Notes under the pieces: generated by a model | What the model saw: only the letters and a program-made list of their open reading frames with translations | Told to the model about the DNA's origin: nothing | The model's database searches: none | Shown here: positions 9,189 to 18,959 of the stretch, piece by piece | How the letters are laid out: the number at the start of each line of letters is the position of its first letter | How positions within the stretch are numbered: the first letter of the stretch is position 1 | Made by a program: the position numbers and the translations under genes | Virus record (IMG/VR): IMGVR_UViG_3300006175_000002 | Location: 1-64,000 of that record | Strand: one strand, 5' to 3' | Source of the DNA: a virus | Length of the DNA: 64,000 nucleotides

Positions 9189-10012
9189 CAGTTCTCCTCC
9201 TTCAGTGGCAGCATCGGCCACGCTTCGTGAATGTCGCTAACCGCCTTGCCCTGCTTCTCGAAGTAGGCGCGTAACCCAACCGCCTGCTCCGCCTTCCACT
9301 TAACCTGCGCGGCGTGCAGCTGCTCCGGGGTGGACAGGGCGAGGTCTTTGAACCGGTCGGCGATCTCCTCCGGCTTGAACAGGTACCCCTTCGTGTGCCT
9401 CGGCGAATCATGGTAGAACTGCACCAACCGCCCGTGCGGCCACTGCGTCATGGCGGCGATCCGCCACGCCACCCGGGCGGCGGCGAGAGCATCGAACGTC
9501 GAGTCGTGGGCGCCGTCCATTTTGACGCCGTACCACTCCACGAGCCCGCCCTCCTGGGGGTCGGACAGGCGGCGGGTGCCCTTCCGAAACGGGTCAACGT
9601 GCTTGTCCAGGACGGAAGGGTCAACGACGGGGGCGATACTGTCGACACGCTCGGCGAGCGGCTGAACCTGGTGGCGACGCGCCTCCCTGTCGAGCATGGT
9701 CAGGTCATACGCGGCGTTCATGACAATGATGGGCGTGCCGTTGATCACTGCCCACGCGAGGGACTCGCAGATCTGGTCGAGGGCACCGGGTGGTTCGACA
9801 CCTTCAGCCACAGCCCGTTCTGTGGTGACCCCATGCACCGCTTGGGCTTCCGCGGGGATCTCCACGCCGGGGTTGATGAGCCACGTTTCGACTGTGGACT
9901 GTTTGCCGGGCTCAACCCAGACGATGGACGCGGTGACGATCCGGTCGTTGACCGCTGATACGCCGGTCGACTCGACATCGAAGGTGCACATCGAATCCAT
10001 GACCCACTTCAA
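9188..10012 (-). CDS. DEDDh 3'-5' exonuclease (DnaQ-like)
   Basis: FDVESTG, AVHG, MNAAYD, GAHDSTFDA. Confidence 0.9.
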   Translation of the reverse strand: MKWVMDSMCTFDVESTGVSAVNDRIVTASIVWVEPGKQSTVETWLINPGVEIPAEAQAVHGVTTERAVAEGVEPPGALDQICESLAWAVINGTPIIVMNAAYDLTMLDREARRHQVQPLAERVDSIAPVVDPSVLDKHVDPFRKGTRRLSDPQEGGLVEWYGVKMDGAHDSTFDALAAARVAWRIAAMTQWPHGRLVQFYHDSPRHTKGYLFKPEEIADRFKDLALSTPEQLHAAQVKWKAEQAVGLRAYFEKQGKAVSDIHEAWPMLPLKEEN

Positions 10013-10554
10013 TGGAATCGCACCAGCCCTCCGTCGGCGGCCAACTCGAACGCGCGCAACCAGTCGTCGTACTTCAACGGGCGCCCACCGGCACCCTCGC
10101 CGACCGCCGTACAGGGCACGTACACGGCCCTGTGGACGCGGAAGTCGTCGAGCAGGTGAAATGCGGCTTCGGGGCCGATGCAGCCCTCGTTGTCGGCGAA
10201 CCAGATCAGCTCGTAGAACGGCAACTCGGGATCAGGCTCACCGTGGACGTCGCCGTCGCGCCACGGGTTGAACTGGTGGGCGAGATTGTCCCGCCACAAG
10301 GTGTACCCGGAAGACGAGCCGGCGTGGAAGTCGTACACCTGCGTCTTGTCGGTGCAGGTGTAGCAGCCACCGTCGAGAAATTCCCCGCTCAGCTTGCCGA
10401 CAATGGGGATCCCGGCGAACGAGGCGGGAAAACAGTCGTAGGCGAACGCCTTGATATGCGCGAGGTCGCCGTGCTCATCTTCGAGGGTGCACCAGCCGCA
10501 GGTGTGCGTCTCGACCGGGGCGAGGTGGCTGTAGGCGGTGACGTCAAGACCCAT
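10009..10554 (-). CDS. Conserved phage hypothetical protein
   Basis: MGLD start; AGS.SGY..WR; PFYELIWFADNEGCIG. Confidence 0.65.
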   Translation of the reverse strand: MGLDVTAYSHLAPVETHTCGWCTLEDEHGDLAHIKAFAYDCFPASFAGIPIVGKLSGEFLDGGCYTCTDKTQVYDFHAGSSSGYTLWRDNLAHQFNPWRDGDVHGEPDPELPFYELIWFADNEGCIGPEAAFHLLDDFRVHRAVYVPCTAVGEGAGGRPLKYDDWLRAFELAADGGLVRFH

Positions 10555-10912
10555 GGGGTGCCTCGACCTTGACCGCTTTACGGTCGTGGATCTCCAGCCG
10601 CCACACGTCGCCGCTGTCGTCGCCTTCGCAGTCGAGGCGGCCGGTGAACTCGTGGTCGGGGTAGGCGTCGATGGCCTCCTGGACGTGTTCGATGATGCTG
10701 TAGCCCTTGTATGGGCCCTCCATGATCGGCACGAGGGCAACGGCCTGCCGAACGGTCAGGGTGCCCTCGTCGGTGTCGCGGTACTGCACGTTGAGGTTGA
10801 ACATGACGTCCCGGTCAACGTTGACGGGATAGAACGGGGAGTCCTTTGCCTTGCCGAACGGGATCGGTGGGGTGATGGTGATCTCGCCGATGAAACTGGT
10901 CAGATAGCCCAC
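10544..10912 (-). CDS. Hypothetical protein (DUF6205-like)
   Basis: MGY.TSF.GEITI.PP; F.G...CEG...GD.WRL. Confidence 0.55.
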   Translation of the reverse strand: MGYLTSFIGEITITPPIPFGKAKDSPFYPVNVDRDVMFNLNVQYRDTDEGTLTVRQAVALVPIMEGPYKGYSIIEHVQEAIDAYPDHEFTGRLDCEGDDSGDVWRLEIHDRKAVKVEAPHGS

Positions 10913-10918
10913 AGTTGG

Positions 10919-11233
10919 TCACTCCTCCATGTCTAGGGCTTTACGGATGTCCGCCGTCGGCAGCCACGTGCGCCCAGCGGCGTGACAGGCATCAAGAAGG
11001 GCAACCACGCGGACCCGAACACCATCGGAGCGTTCGGTGAGCATCCGGTTCAGGTACACGTTGTCCTTGGTCAGCCGGGTAATGGTGGCGCCTTGGCGCT
11101 CCCAGTCGGCGCTGACCCGGTCGACCTGCGCGGCAAGCCGGTCAATCTCGGCGTGGAGCAGATCGACCGCACCCGCATCTCCGGCTTTCGCCGCGTCAAC
11201 CCACGCGGTCAGACGCTTCTCCAACGGAGTCAC
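10919..11233 (-). CDS. Hypothetical coiled-coil protein
   Basis: GTGA overlap; helical composition. Confidence 0.55.
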   Translation of the reverse strand: MTPLEKRLTAWVDAAKAGDAGAVDLLHAEIDRLAAQVDRVSADWERQGATITRLTKDNVYLNRMLTERSDGVRVRVVALLDACHAAGRTWLPTADIRKALDMEE

Positions 11234-11703
11234 GACTTTCCCCCCGGCATCAGCGCCGGCATGGTGTTGTTCTGATACGCGGCTTCGATCTGCGGCAACG
11301 CCCATTCCCCGACCGTGGACCCGTTCGGCATGACGGTGGAAGACAAAAACTCCTCCTCCACTGTGGTGATTTTCGCGGCGACCGCCTCGAGCTTGGCCTT
11401 GATGACCAGGGCGAGCGCCCGCCACGACTGGCGTACCGCCTGCTCATATGCGGCATCCCGGGCCGGCTGGCTACGGGGCAGCCCACGCGCCTCGGTGTGC
11501 GTGAACCGCCGTTCGTACGGGTCGGGCATCGGTAGCCGGTACCGGACGCGTCGCCCGGCAATCTCGAACATGATCGTGGCGGCGCCGGTGTCCCACCCGT
11601 ACCCGAACGCGGTCGCGTTGTAGCGGCGTAGGGTGGCTTCGATCTCGGCGCGGCTGCGGTCGCTGGGGACTTCGGTGTCCTGCGCGTAGCGGCTACTGGC
11701 CAT
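11230..11703 (-). CDS. Conserved phage hypothetical protein
   Basis: YA..T.V...RSRAEIE..L..Y; WRAL.LVIKAKLEAV...EEEFL. Confidence 0.7.
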   Translation of the reverse strand: MASSRYAQDTEVPSDRSRAEIEATLRRYNATAFGYGWDTGAATIMFEIAGRRVRYRLPMPDPYERRFTHTEARGLPRSQPARDAAYEQAVRQSWRALALVIKAKLEAVAAKITTVEEEFLSSTVMPNGSTVGEWALPQIEAAYQNNTMPALMPGGKS

Positions 11704-12097
11704 GACGTACCGCCTCAGCTGCTTCGTCGTTCCTATGGGTCCGGTGCGGACAGGCAAACGTCGTCGCTGGCCCACCGATCGGGCCGGTTTCTATCGCAAC
11801 CCGACCTTCGGGGCATGGCGAAGAGTGGTTGAACACAGGAATCATCGTTTTCCCGTCACTGGTCCAACCGTCCGCCCCTTGATGCTCCTCACATGTCCAC
11901 GAAAGGTAAGGGATAGTGCCCGTCGTCCCGGAATAGACCCGTGCTGCCGTCGCCGGGGCGCCACACTTGCAACCGCGCCGCCGGCCCTCCCCGTTGGACC
12001 GGCTCCACCGCCACTCGGCTTCGGCTTCGTCGCGGGTTACCTGTACCGACAGGTCAGCCTCCGGTGGGCGCGTCACCTTGGTGCGCCATAGCCTCAT
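11693..12097 (-). CDS. Hypothetical Cys-rich protein
   Basis: CKCG...C.EH; overlaps its neighbours. Confidence 0.5.
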   Translation of the reverse strand: MRLWRTKVTRPPEADLSVQVTRDEAEAEWRWSRSNGEGRRRGCKCGAPATAARVYSGTTGTIPYLSWTCEEHQGADGWTSDGKTMIPVFNHSSPCPEGRVAIETGPIGGPATTFACPHRTHRNDEAAEAVRHGQ

Positions 12098-13365
12098 CAC
12101 TTGATCAGCCCTCCCTGGATGGCCTCGACGAACTGTTGATGGGTGAACCCATCGGCGGCGACCGGATCCTTGCCCATCTCCTCCCGGAACCGACGCGACG
12201 TGGTCCCCGTGTCCCAGCCGAGCTTGCCGGCCAGGCTGAGCGCCTGCATCCACATCGCGTTCTTGTCCGGCTCCGCCTCACCCTCCACCGGCTCCTCGGG
12301 CGCCGGTTCGACGTGGGCGCCGCCGGACTCGATGGCACGCTTCCGCGCCCACCAAGCGTCCTTGAGTGTGCTGTCTTTCGTCTTAGCGACGTCGTTCCAG
12401 ATCGGACGGAGCGCCTCGACCGTGGTGGCGTCGGCGATCAGTTTCTCAAGACTGCCTGTGTCACCACCCGCTGCGGCCGGTGGCCGGGCCGGGCTGGTCG
12501 GGCGGGCCGCAGGTACCGGCGAGCGCGGCTGATCTGCGGAAACAGTGGGTCGGTTCCTATTTTCGGCCCCCGTTTGAGGCGCCTCGGTACGCGCCGGGCC
12601 GGCCGGCAGGGCGGGCACCTCGTCCTCTTCGTCGCCAACCTCGATCGCCAGCCGTGGCGCCACCCCCGACAAGATCTGCCGGGCCACCTGTCCCCGCAGC
12701 TCCATCACCACCACCTGAAACTGCTTGCCCGGCTTGGCCCGCTGCTCGATCCGCAACCGGATCGGCACCACCGGGTTCAGCCCGATGTACCCCTTGATCA
12801 GATCGACATAGCCGGCCATCTCCACCGCAGCGTTCACGGAATGCATGTCCAGCCGCCAGTACCCGAAGTCGTCCAGGTCAAGGAACACGTTCAGCCTCGT
12901 CGTGGCCTTACACGCGTCGCGCTGCTGCTCCTTGGTGAGATCTTCGCGCTCCCACCACGCCTCACCGAGGTCCTTGATGCACACGCATTCCTGCGGCTTC
13001 AGCATCTCCGTTTCCCCGTCACAGCGGCGGATGCACGTCGGGCCCTGCCACGCCTCGTAGTACGACGTAAGCGGATCCCCCGGCGGCAGCAACGCCTCGA
13101 TCGTGTCGGCTTCGGTGACCAGCCGCCACGTTTCCGGGCTGGCACCCTGCGGCTTCCACCGCTCGATCGTGCCGCCCCACCGGTCCGCGGCGATCTCCAG
13201 GTAGTTGCGCTGCGCGCTGGTGAGGATGAACGTCTTCGACTTCACCGGCCGGCGGTACGTCTTGCCGGGTACCTCCTCCGACCAGCCCGTACGGATCCGG
13301 CCCAACTCGCGCAGCCGGCGTTGCATGGTGACGATGCGGCGGGGGCCCGCAGGGACAACGGACAT
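12097..13365 (-). CDS. Gp3-like / recombination-directionality-factor-like protein, probable strand-annealing recombinase
   Basis: RLRELGRIRTG, RRCDG, CK.TTRLNV, G.WRL..HS.NA..E; adjacent to an exonuclease. Confidence 0.65.
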   Translation of the reverse strand: MSVVPAGPRRIVTMQRRLRELGRIRTGWSEEVPGKTYRRPVKSKTFILTSAQRNYLEIAADRWGGTIERWKPQGASPETWRLVTEADTIEALLPPGDPLTSYYEAWQGPTCIRRCDGETEMLKPQECVCIKDLGEAWWEREDLTKEQQRDACKATTRLNVFLDLDDFGYWRLDMHSVNAAVEMAGYVDLIKGYIGLNPVVPIRLRIEQRAKPGKQFQVVVMELRGQVARQILSGVAPRLAIEVGDEEDEVPALPAGPARTEAPQTGAENRNRPTVSADQPRSPVPAARPTSPARPPAAAGGDTGSLEKLIADATTVEALRPIWNDVAKTKDSTLKDAWWARKRAIESGGAHVEPAPEEPVEGEAEPDKNAMWMQALSLAGKLGWDTGTTSRRFREEMGKDPVAADGFTHQQFVEAIQGGLIK

Positions 13366-13381
13366 CAGATATCAAGACCTC

Positions 13382-14617
13382 TCAGAACGGAATATCGTCG
13401 TCGGGGAAGCTGCGCTGAATCCCCCGCATGGAGTCGAGCGTGGCGTTACTCAGCGCCGCCCGCCGTGGTGGTGGTACGTCGTCGACCGGCAGCGGCACAT
13501 CGACCGCGTCGAACACGTCACCACTCGGCACAGCCGGCGCCACCTTCCGCGCCGCGCGCTTCTTCGGCGGCGCCGGCTCGACGCCGGGCAGCGGCTGCCG
13601 CGGATGCGCCCGCACCAGCGTTGCCTCGTTGCCCTGCTCAATCAGCCAGTACGCGGCCGTGAGGATGCCCAGGAACGCCTGGTACGTTGCGTCGTTGGTG
13701 ACCATGAGCCGCCACCCGTACCCGTCCGGGCGGACCTGCACCACCAACGCCCCATCGTCGGGACGCAGCGGCTCCTCCGTCCCGTCCGGCAGCAACACTG
13801 CCTCGCCGCGGCGGTACGCGCCGAGCTGGAGCGCGTTGTCGGGCCAGAATGTGGCGTCTTCCTTCTCCCGCGTCTTCGTGTCCAGGGACAGCACCGGCGA
13901 CGGGTGCCCGACCCGCTCACACAACTCCCGCGCCTTTTTCGACGCCTTGTAGGAGAACTGGATCCGCGCGTCGAGGGTGCCACCCCACCGGTGGGTGCGG
14001 TTGATGACGGTCGCCTCTGCCATGAGCCACGATTCGACGGTCAACCCGAAGTCGGCAACGAATTGGAGGAACGAGTCCACGTACGGACTGGTCGCGGCCT
14101 CCCATGCTCGGACGTCGTCCTCCGACTGTCGGCCGCACTTGGTGCGCCAGAGTTGCCACGCCAGCGTTTCGTTGCCGTCGGCGAGGACCCACTCCTCCAC
14201 CCAGTGGTGGAACGCCGACCCGCGGTCGGTGGCCCGTGCCGACTCCCGGTAGTGCTCGTACGTCAGCGACTTGACCAGGCAGGGTACGCACTTGTCGCAG
14301 GCGCAGTTGTCGCACTTCACCCGCCAGTCGTGCTGGCGGGTGTCGGACCGGGAGCATGGTCCGTTTGTCTGTCCACAGTCGGGGGTCAGGGTGGCGGCGA
14401 CGAGTTCGGGAAGCCGGTTCACCGCGGCGCGGGCGGTCAGGCCCGGCCGCCACCGGTAGTCCAGGTCTTCCTTTCCGAGCCGTTCCAACGCGGTGGTGAC
14501 GGACAGGAACCGTTCGCCGGTGATGGGGTGGATGTACCAGAGGTTGTCTTTCTCGCGGACGCGGTGGGGTGGGCCGGGGTACGGGTCGTCGCGCGGCTGG
14601 TCGGGGTCACGCGCCAT
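13382..14617 (-). CDS. PD-(D/E)XK (Cas4/RecB-like) exonuclease
   Basis: SVTT, RGSAFH, E.TV..., GGTLD, LDTKT, LQLGAY. Confidence 0.8.
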   Translation of the reverse strand: MARDPDQPRDDPYPGPPHRVREKDNLWYIHPITGERFLSVTTALERLGKEDLDYRWRPGLTARAAVNRLPELVAATLTPDCGQTNGPCSRSDTRQHDWRVKCDNCACDKCVPCLVKSLTYEHYRESARATDRGSAFHHWVEEWVLADGNETLAWQLWRTKCGRQSEDDVRAWEAATSPYVDSFLQFVADFGLTVESWLMAEATVINRTHRWGGTLDARIQFSYKASKKARELCERVGHPSPVLSLDTKTREKEDATFWPDNALQLGAYRRGEAVLLPDGTEEPLRPDDGALVVQVRPDGYGWRLMVTNDATYQAFLGILTAAYWLIEQGNEATLVRAHPRQPLPGVEPAPPKKRAARKVAPAVPSGDVFDAVDVPLPVDDVPPPRRAALSNATLDSMRGIQRSFPDDDIPF

Positions 14618-15506
14618 CGGACACCTCCGCAGGCAGGAGGGCGGCGTCGAGCCGGGCCGCATAGTCGGGTGCGTGAAGGTCGAACACGGTCAGCTGGTGG
14701 TAGAACCGGAACCCAGCCCAGTTGTCAGGCGTGAGTTCCAACCCACCCACGTTGGCACGCAACTCCGTCAGGGCTATCGACCACCGTTCGTCGTCGGACA
14801 GGTCCCACCACTGCTCGCGTTCCGCCTCATGCCGTTCAGATGCTTTACTGTCCTCCTCCACCTCCGCCCACTCGGCAAGCCCTTCCTCGCTGGTGGCCCA
14901 CGACGGCACCCAATCGGCGGGCAACGGGGGCGCCACCCAGCCGTTGGAGTTCGGGAACTGGTCGCACACCGAGTACGACGTCACGACCGGTTCGTCATCG
15001 CGCGAGCGCAGGAGTGCAATAACCTCAGCCCACCCCTGGCTGAACTCGGGGTTACCCGGATGCTGGTGGCGGTAGATGCCGCAATCGAGTCCGGTCTGCA
15101 TGATGTCGGCCAGCCACGCCCGGTGGGGACCTTCGACGTAGGCATGGATTTCGCACTGACCGTGCAACCGGGCCGCCAACTTGATCTGGTCGTTGCCGAC
15201 AGCGGCAGCCGTGTTCAGGATCAACTCCCACGAGCCGATCGGCTGACCCTTCCATGACAGCACGGGCTCATCGCCCACGCGAAGCGCGGTGCCCATCTGT
15301 TGCACCCACCGGGCGTGGTTCATGTTCGGCGTGGCCGTCATGTAGTGGCCCGGGGTGATGAGTTCCTTGATCCGGTCGAGGTAAAACGATCCATCGAGGT
15401 GAAACAGTCCGATGGCGATGTCGTTGCACAGCCCGCCGAGGTACGCACGCTCGGAGCCGTGGAGTTCGGCCTGGCCGTGGCGGGAGTGGAAGTAGACGCG
15501 ACTCAC
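14607..15506 (-). CDS. Hypothetical protein
   Basis: 299-aa ORF with GTGA overlap and typical codon usage. Confidence 0.65.
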   Translation of the reverse strand: MSRVYFHSRHGQAELHGSERAYLGGLCNDIAIGLFHLDGSFYLDRIKELITPGHYMTATPNMNHARWVQQMGTALRVGDEPVLSWKGQPIGSWELILNTAAAVGNDQIKLAARLHGQCEIHAYVEGPHRAWLADIMQTGLDCGIYRHQHPGNPEFSQGWAEVIALLRSRDDEPVVTSYSVCDQFPNSNGWVAPPLPADWVPSWATSEEGLAEWAEVEEDSKASERHEAEREQWWDLSDDERWSIALTELRANVGGLELTPDNWAGFRFYHQLTVFDLHAPDYAARLDAALLPAEVSDGA

Positions 15507-15835
15507 TCGCCAGCCTCCAGCAGCGCCTTCGCGCGCTCGTGCGGGCACGGCCGCCCGTGCAAACTGTGGGCTTGGCAGTAGCCGTTGTGGTCGTACTCGC
15601 ACGGGTCAGGATCAACGAAGTCGGCGACCAACCCGCGCAGCATGGCGGCCTCGTCGGGGTCCGGTTCGTCGTCCATCATGCACGCGCCGACCATGCCCAG
15701 AATCGCCGACGCGTACGTCATGCTCATCACCACGTCGACTCGTTCGTAGTTACCCCCACGAACCGAGTCACGCGTCTGGTCCAATTTCAGCACAGCATGC
15801 CGAACCAGACGCAGCATTTCCTCAGTACTCGCCAA
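15503..15835 (-). CDS. Hypothetical protein
   Basis: C-terminal DPC.YDH.GYCQAH...CP motif. Confidence 0.55.
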   Translation of the reverse strand: MASTEEMLRLVRHAVLKLDQTRDSVRGGNYERVDVVMSMTYASAILGMVGACMMDDEPDPDEAAMLRGLVADFVDPDPCEYDHNGYCQAHSLHGRPCPHERAKALLEAGE

Positions 15836-16094
15836 CAGAACGCACCCCCGCCAGGAACTCCATCGTCTGCTCTGCCGCCGCGTCAGCCAACAGCATCACA
15901 ATTGCTCGCTGCAATTGGGGCACCGTCAACTCGTCCAGCACCGAATACATGGCGTCCTGACACGCCGACGGGTCAACGTCCATGATCTCAGCCAACCGGT
16001 ACGAGACGAACGTTTCCGTTACCTCGTCGAGTGCCTCGGCGATGACCGCCTCGTCGAACCGGTCGTCCACATCCTCAGCCGTCAGATTGCACAC
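15822..16094 (-). CDS. Hypothetical acidic protein
   Basis: SD GAGGAGGAG upstream of GTG. Confidence 0.5.
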   Translation of the reverse strand: MCNLTAEDVDDRFDEAVIAEALDEVTETFVSYRLAEIMDVDPSACQDAMYSVLDELTVPQLQRAIVMLLADAAAEQTMEFLAGVRSVGEY

Positions 16095-16488
16095 GATGCT
16101 CCTCCTCGTCGATGACCAACCTGATCCCCGGGCCCAGCACACGAACACCGCGGGCCACCCTGTGCGCGGCGTCGACCGTCAACCCGCCCGCGACGAGGCG
16201 ACCCATCATCGCCGCGACCGCCAACTCCGGCTCTGACCATTCGCGTTTCCACCCGGACCGGCCCGGACTCGGGTTGTCCGGGCGCAGCAGACCACGGCGG
16301 GCCCAGTCGTCGAGCTGCCGGTAGCTGACACCCTCGACCGGTGAGGGTGGGCGGCGCCGGGTCGAGGGGTGCAGGGTGTCGAGAGTGCCGGCGGCTTTGA
16401 GCCGGTCGAAGCAGACCACGCAGAGGCGGCGCCGCGACTTCGCGCGGGGCCGGGCGTGACACTCGTCGCAGAGTCTGGGGGTGGTCAC
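16075..16488 (-). CDS. Zn-finger + MerR-like HTH DNA-binding protein
   Basis: CDEC...CVVC; VSYRQLDDWARRGLL.P...G..R.W. Confidence 0.7.
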   Translation of the reverse strand: MTTPRLCDECHARPRAKSRRRLCVVCFDRLKAAGTLDTLHPSTRRRPPSPVEGVSYRQLDDWARRGLLRPDNPSPGRSGWKREWSEPELAVAAMMGRLVAGGLTVDAAHRVARGVRVLGPGIRLVIDEEEHRVQSDG

Positions 16489-17051
16489 CGGTGTCCGCCC
16501 TTGACCAGCAGCCCGTCCACCGATGCGATGTGCAGGCCCTGCCGGATGGCGTACAGCAGACAATGCAGGGTGCCGGACTTGCCGGGGGTGGCGTCCCGGT
16601 CCGGGAACGCGACCACAACGTCCGGACGGGGCAGCGTATCCACCATGGCCTTATTGCGGCGCTGGCCGGCGAGTGGGCAGTACGCGGATCCGCTAGCGGA
16701 CACCTTCCGGTGCGGTCGGCGTGGGCACCAGTCCTTGTCGCAGTGCGCCCATTCGGCCGGGTACGGGTCGAGATCCCATCCCATGGTCCTCGCCGCATAG
16801 GCGGCGAGGGTGTCGGTACCGCCGGCCGCACCATGACGGAGCACCACGCGGCGGGTGTCGCCGGAGGCAGGTTGCACCCGACGAAGCCGGTCGGTGATCA
16901 ACGGTAGGTGCGTGTCGTTGGCGTACCGGCTGCCGGTGACCAGGACAACGAATGAGGCGGCGGCCCCGTCCGGGAGGTGGGACGGGGCCGCCTCATCCAC
17001 CCGCCCGGGGGGCCGGACCCCGGCAAGCGAGGGGTAACCCAGCAACGTCAT
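16485..17051 (-). CDS. SLOG-family (DUF2493/YspA-like) protein
   Basis: VLVTGSR, HGAAGGTDTLA, PAEW, AG.RRN..MV, VAFP, GT. Confidence 0.8.
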   Translation of the reverse strand: MTLLGYPSLAGVRPPGRVDEAAPSHLPDGAAASFVVLVTGSRYANDTHLPLITDRLRRVQPASGDTRRVVLRHGAAGGTDTLAAYAARTMGWDLDPYPAEWAHCDKDWCPRRPHRKVSASGSAYCPLAGQRRNKAMVDTLPRPDVVVAFPDRDATPGKSGTLHCLLYAIRQGLHIASVDGLLVKGGHR

Positions 17052-17266
17052 CACGACCACAGCTTTTCTGACGCGACGATCTTCAGTAACGCCTCCACTG
17101 ACGACCGCGGGATCCGCCACTGACCATTCAGCAGCTGCGTCGCCCCGGGCACGAGGCGTTTCCGGCACCACCGCTGCACGCTTTCCTGACTTACCCGCGC
17201 ACCCCGGCGGTTCAATTCGTCGCGCACCTCAGCCGTCGTCAGCGTGGTGGTGGTGTCTTCGCCCAT
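17051..17266 (-). CDS. Excisionase-like HTH protein
   Basis: LTTAEV...VS.ESVQRWC...G.WRIP. Confidence 0.75.
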   Translation of the reverse strand: MGEDTTTTLTTAEVRDELNRRGARVSQESVQRWCRKRLVPGATQLLNGQWRIPRSSVEALLKIVASEKLWS

Positions 17267-17326
17267 GCCACCCAGCGTACGGTGTCTGCGGCTACTGCGG
17301 CAAGTGTCGCCTCTGCGGCTACTGCT
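17267..17326 (-). promoter_or_regulatory. Leaderless promoter with a direct-repeat operator
   Basis: Minus strand TTGCCG-N18-TACGCT-N7-ATG; TCTGCGGCTACTGC repeated at 17285-17298 and 17312-17325. Confidence 0.55.
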
Positions 17327-17336
17327 GGTGTTGCGG

Positions 17337-18011
17337 TTAGTGGCTGTGCAGGTACTCCATCGTCTGCTCGAACGTCACCTCAGCCACCGGCTTGCCCGTA
17401 GCACGCGTCAACCACTCCCGGGTCAACTGCTCCACATTGCCGGCGGCAAGCGCCTCCGCCTCCCTAGCCAGCCGGGACGCGCGGGTCTTGATCGCCGCAG
17501 TGATCTGCTCCCGCCGTTCCCGCTCCAACGCCTCGGCCCGTTCAGCCCGGACCGCGACCGCCAGCATGCTCAGCCCGGCCTTGACCCGCTCCGCGCATCG
17601 GCGGGTGTCAGCGACCTCGCTGAGGTCCCCGTCGCGGATCAGGGCAACGATGTCGCCGCCGGTGAGGTTGTCGAACTCGGAATGGTCAGCGACGTCATGG
17701 TCGGGAATGGGAAACACCGACTCCGGCACCGTCTTCTTCGCCGCTGGTTTCTCAGCCACGGCTGTTCCGTTCACTGTCACAGGCTCCTCCTCCTGAGGAT
17801 TGTTCTTGTACCACTCCACAGCCTGTCTCACCCCGGTCGGGTCGCCGCCCCATTCGTCGATCGTGTCCTCAACGAACTTGACGTCGACTCCCTGAACGGC
17901 GGCGATCGCGTGCAGCTTCGTTCCCGGCCTAGTCGCGTACGCCTCCAACACCCGCATCTGTTCCGCGGTGGGACGCTGCGGTCCCCGCAGTACTGCTACC
18001 GAATCCGTCAC
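17337..18011 (-). CDS. Hypothetical protein
   Basis: Long ORF; start chosen by GTGA overlap and uncertain. Confidence 0.55.
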   Translation of the reverse strand: MTDSVAVLRGPQRPTAEQMRVLEAYATRPGTKLHAIAAVQGVDVKFVEDTIDEWGGDPTGVRQAVEWYKNNPQEEEPVTVNGTAVAEKPAAKKTVPESVFPIPDHDVADHSEFDNLTGGDIVALIRDGDLSEVADTRRCAERVKAGLSMLAVAVRAERAEALERERREQITAAIKTRASRLAREAEALAAGNVEQLTREWLTRATGKPVAEVTFEQTMEYLHSH

Positions 18012-18247
18012 GGCCGGCACCCCTGAAGCCCGACCCGGCCTCGCAGCCATCGAAACGCGTCCCCCCTCCGAGTAAACGTGTGGATCAGATGCGGCTCCGG
18101 TGACGTGTACCAAACACCGCGACGGTTCTGCGCCACCCACCCCAACAGGCGGCGGGTAGCGGATGTGTAGACGCGGGCGTACCGGTCGCTGGTTTCCCAT
18201 ACCACCGGTTCGCCGAAAACGCGCCTGTTCTGGCGTCGGGTGCTCAC
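18008..18247 (-). CDS. Hypothetical protein
   Basis: GTGA overlaps at both ends. Confidence 0.5.
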   Translation of the reverse strand: MSTRRQNRRVFGEPVVWETSDRYARVYTSATRRLLGWVAQNRRGVWYTSPEPHLIHTFTRRGDAFRWLRGRVGLQGCRP

Positions 18248-18777
18248 GAGGCCACCCGGTTGGCGAGTACCACGGCGATCGGTTCCCGCGGTACCGCTGG
18301 TGGTACCGCTGTCAATGCCTTCGCCACGGGGGCCCAGGGCTGCTCGGGGGTGGTCTGCGCCCACCAATCCCGCGCCTGGGCGGTGATCTGCGCTCGCCGC
18401 CAGCCGACCGCGGTGCGCTGACCGGCCCACCACCACGTCCAGCCCCGGCCGAGTTGGTCGGCGAGGACGCTGCGACGCGTCGGTGCCCGGTGGCTGCGGA
18501 TCCCGCACCGCTTGTCACCGTCGGCAACGGCGGCGATCATGGCGACCTGCGCATCGTGGAGGATCCTGGGTTGAATGTAGTGCTCCGTCGGGACGGTGGT
18601 CGGGTACACGTCGTCGTCGGGTCGGCGTAGCTGTCGCACCATGTTCAGGCAGAGGGCCACGGCGACGAGAGACAGGGCGGCGACCACACCGGGGTGCGGG
18701 TCGGCGGTGAAGGTGTGGGCGATGCGGTCGGGCAGGGCGGTCAGGAACGCAATGACGGCACGGGCGATAGGCATCAT
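18244..18777 (-). CDS. Hypothetical membrane protein
   Basis: TM segment VVAALSLVAVALCL; ATGA overlap. Confidence 0.55.
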   Translation of the reverse strand: MMPIARAVIAFLTALPDRIAHTFTADPHPGVVAALSLVAVALCLNMVRQLRRPDDDVYPTTVPTEHYIQPRILHDAQVAMIAAVADGDKRCGIRSHRAPTRRSVLADQLGRGWTWWWAGQRTAVGWRRAQITAQARDWWAQTTPEQPWAPVAKALTAVPPAVPREPIAVVLANRVAS

Positions 18778-18959
18778 GTCTGTCCTTCGGGGTTGTTGAG
18801 GATGTCGTGTACCTGGTGTTTCAGATATCGGAGTCGGCCGCCGGGGAGTCGGATCACGGCCAGGCGGGGGTCGTTCCACCGTCGAACGGTCTTCGCGTCG
18901 ACACGGAACAGTTTGGCGACCTCCCTGGCGGTGAGTAGTTCAGGCGCGTCGTCGGTCAT
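18774..18959 (-). CDS. BldC-like MerR-type HTH protein
   Basis: ELLTAREVAKLFRVDAKTVRRW...IRLPGGRLRY closely resembles BldC (LLTPAEVATMFRVDPKTVTRW...IRTLGGHRRY). Confidence 0.75.
   Translation of the reverse strand: MTDDAPELLTAREVAKLFRVDAKTVRRWNDPRLAVIRLPGGRLRYLKHQVHDILNNPEGQT

Noticed and set aside
11941-13662. Long plus-strand ORFs antisense to real genes (also 13205-14734, 55152-56684, 60904-62481 and others)
   Set aside because: These are shadow ORFs expected in high-GC DNA. They are Arg/Pro/Ser-rich, have no motifs and lie opposite well-supported genes.
13382-14617. Cas4-like nuclease as evidence of CRISPR-Cas
   Set aside because: It is a stand-alone PD-(D/E)XK exonuclease paired with a recombinase, as is common in phages.
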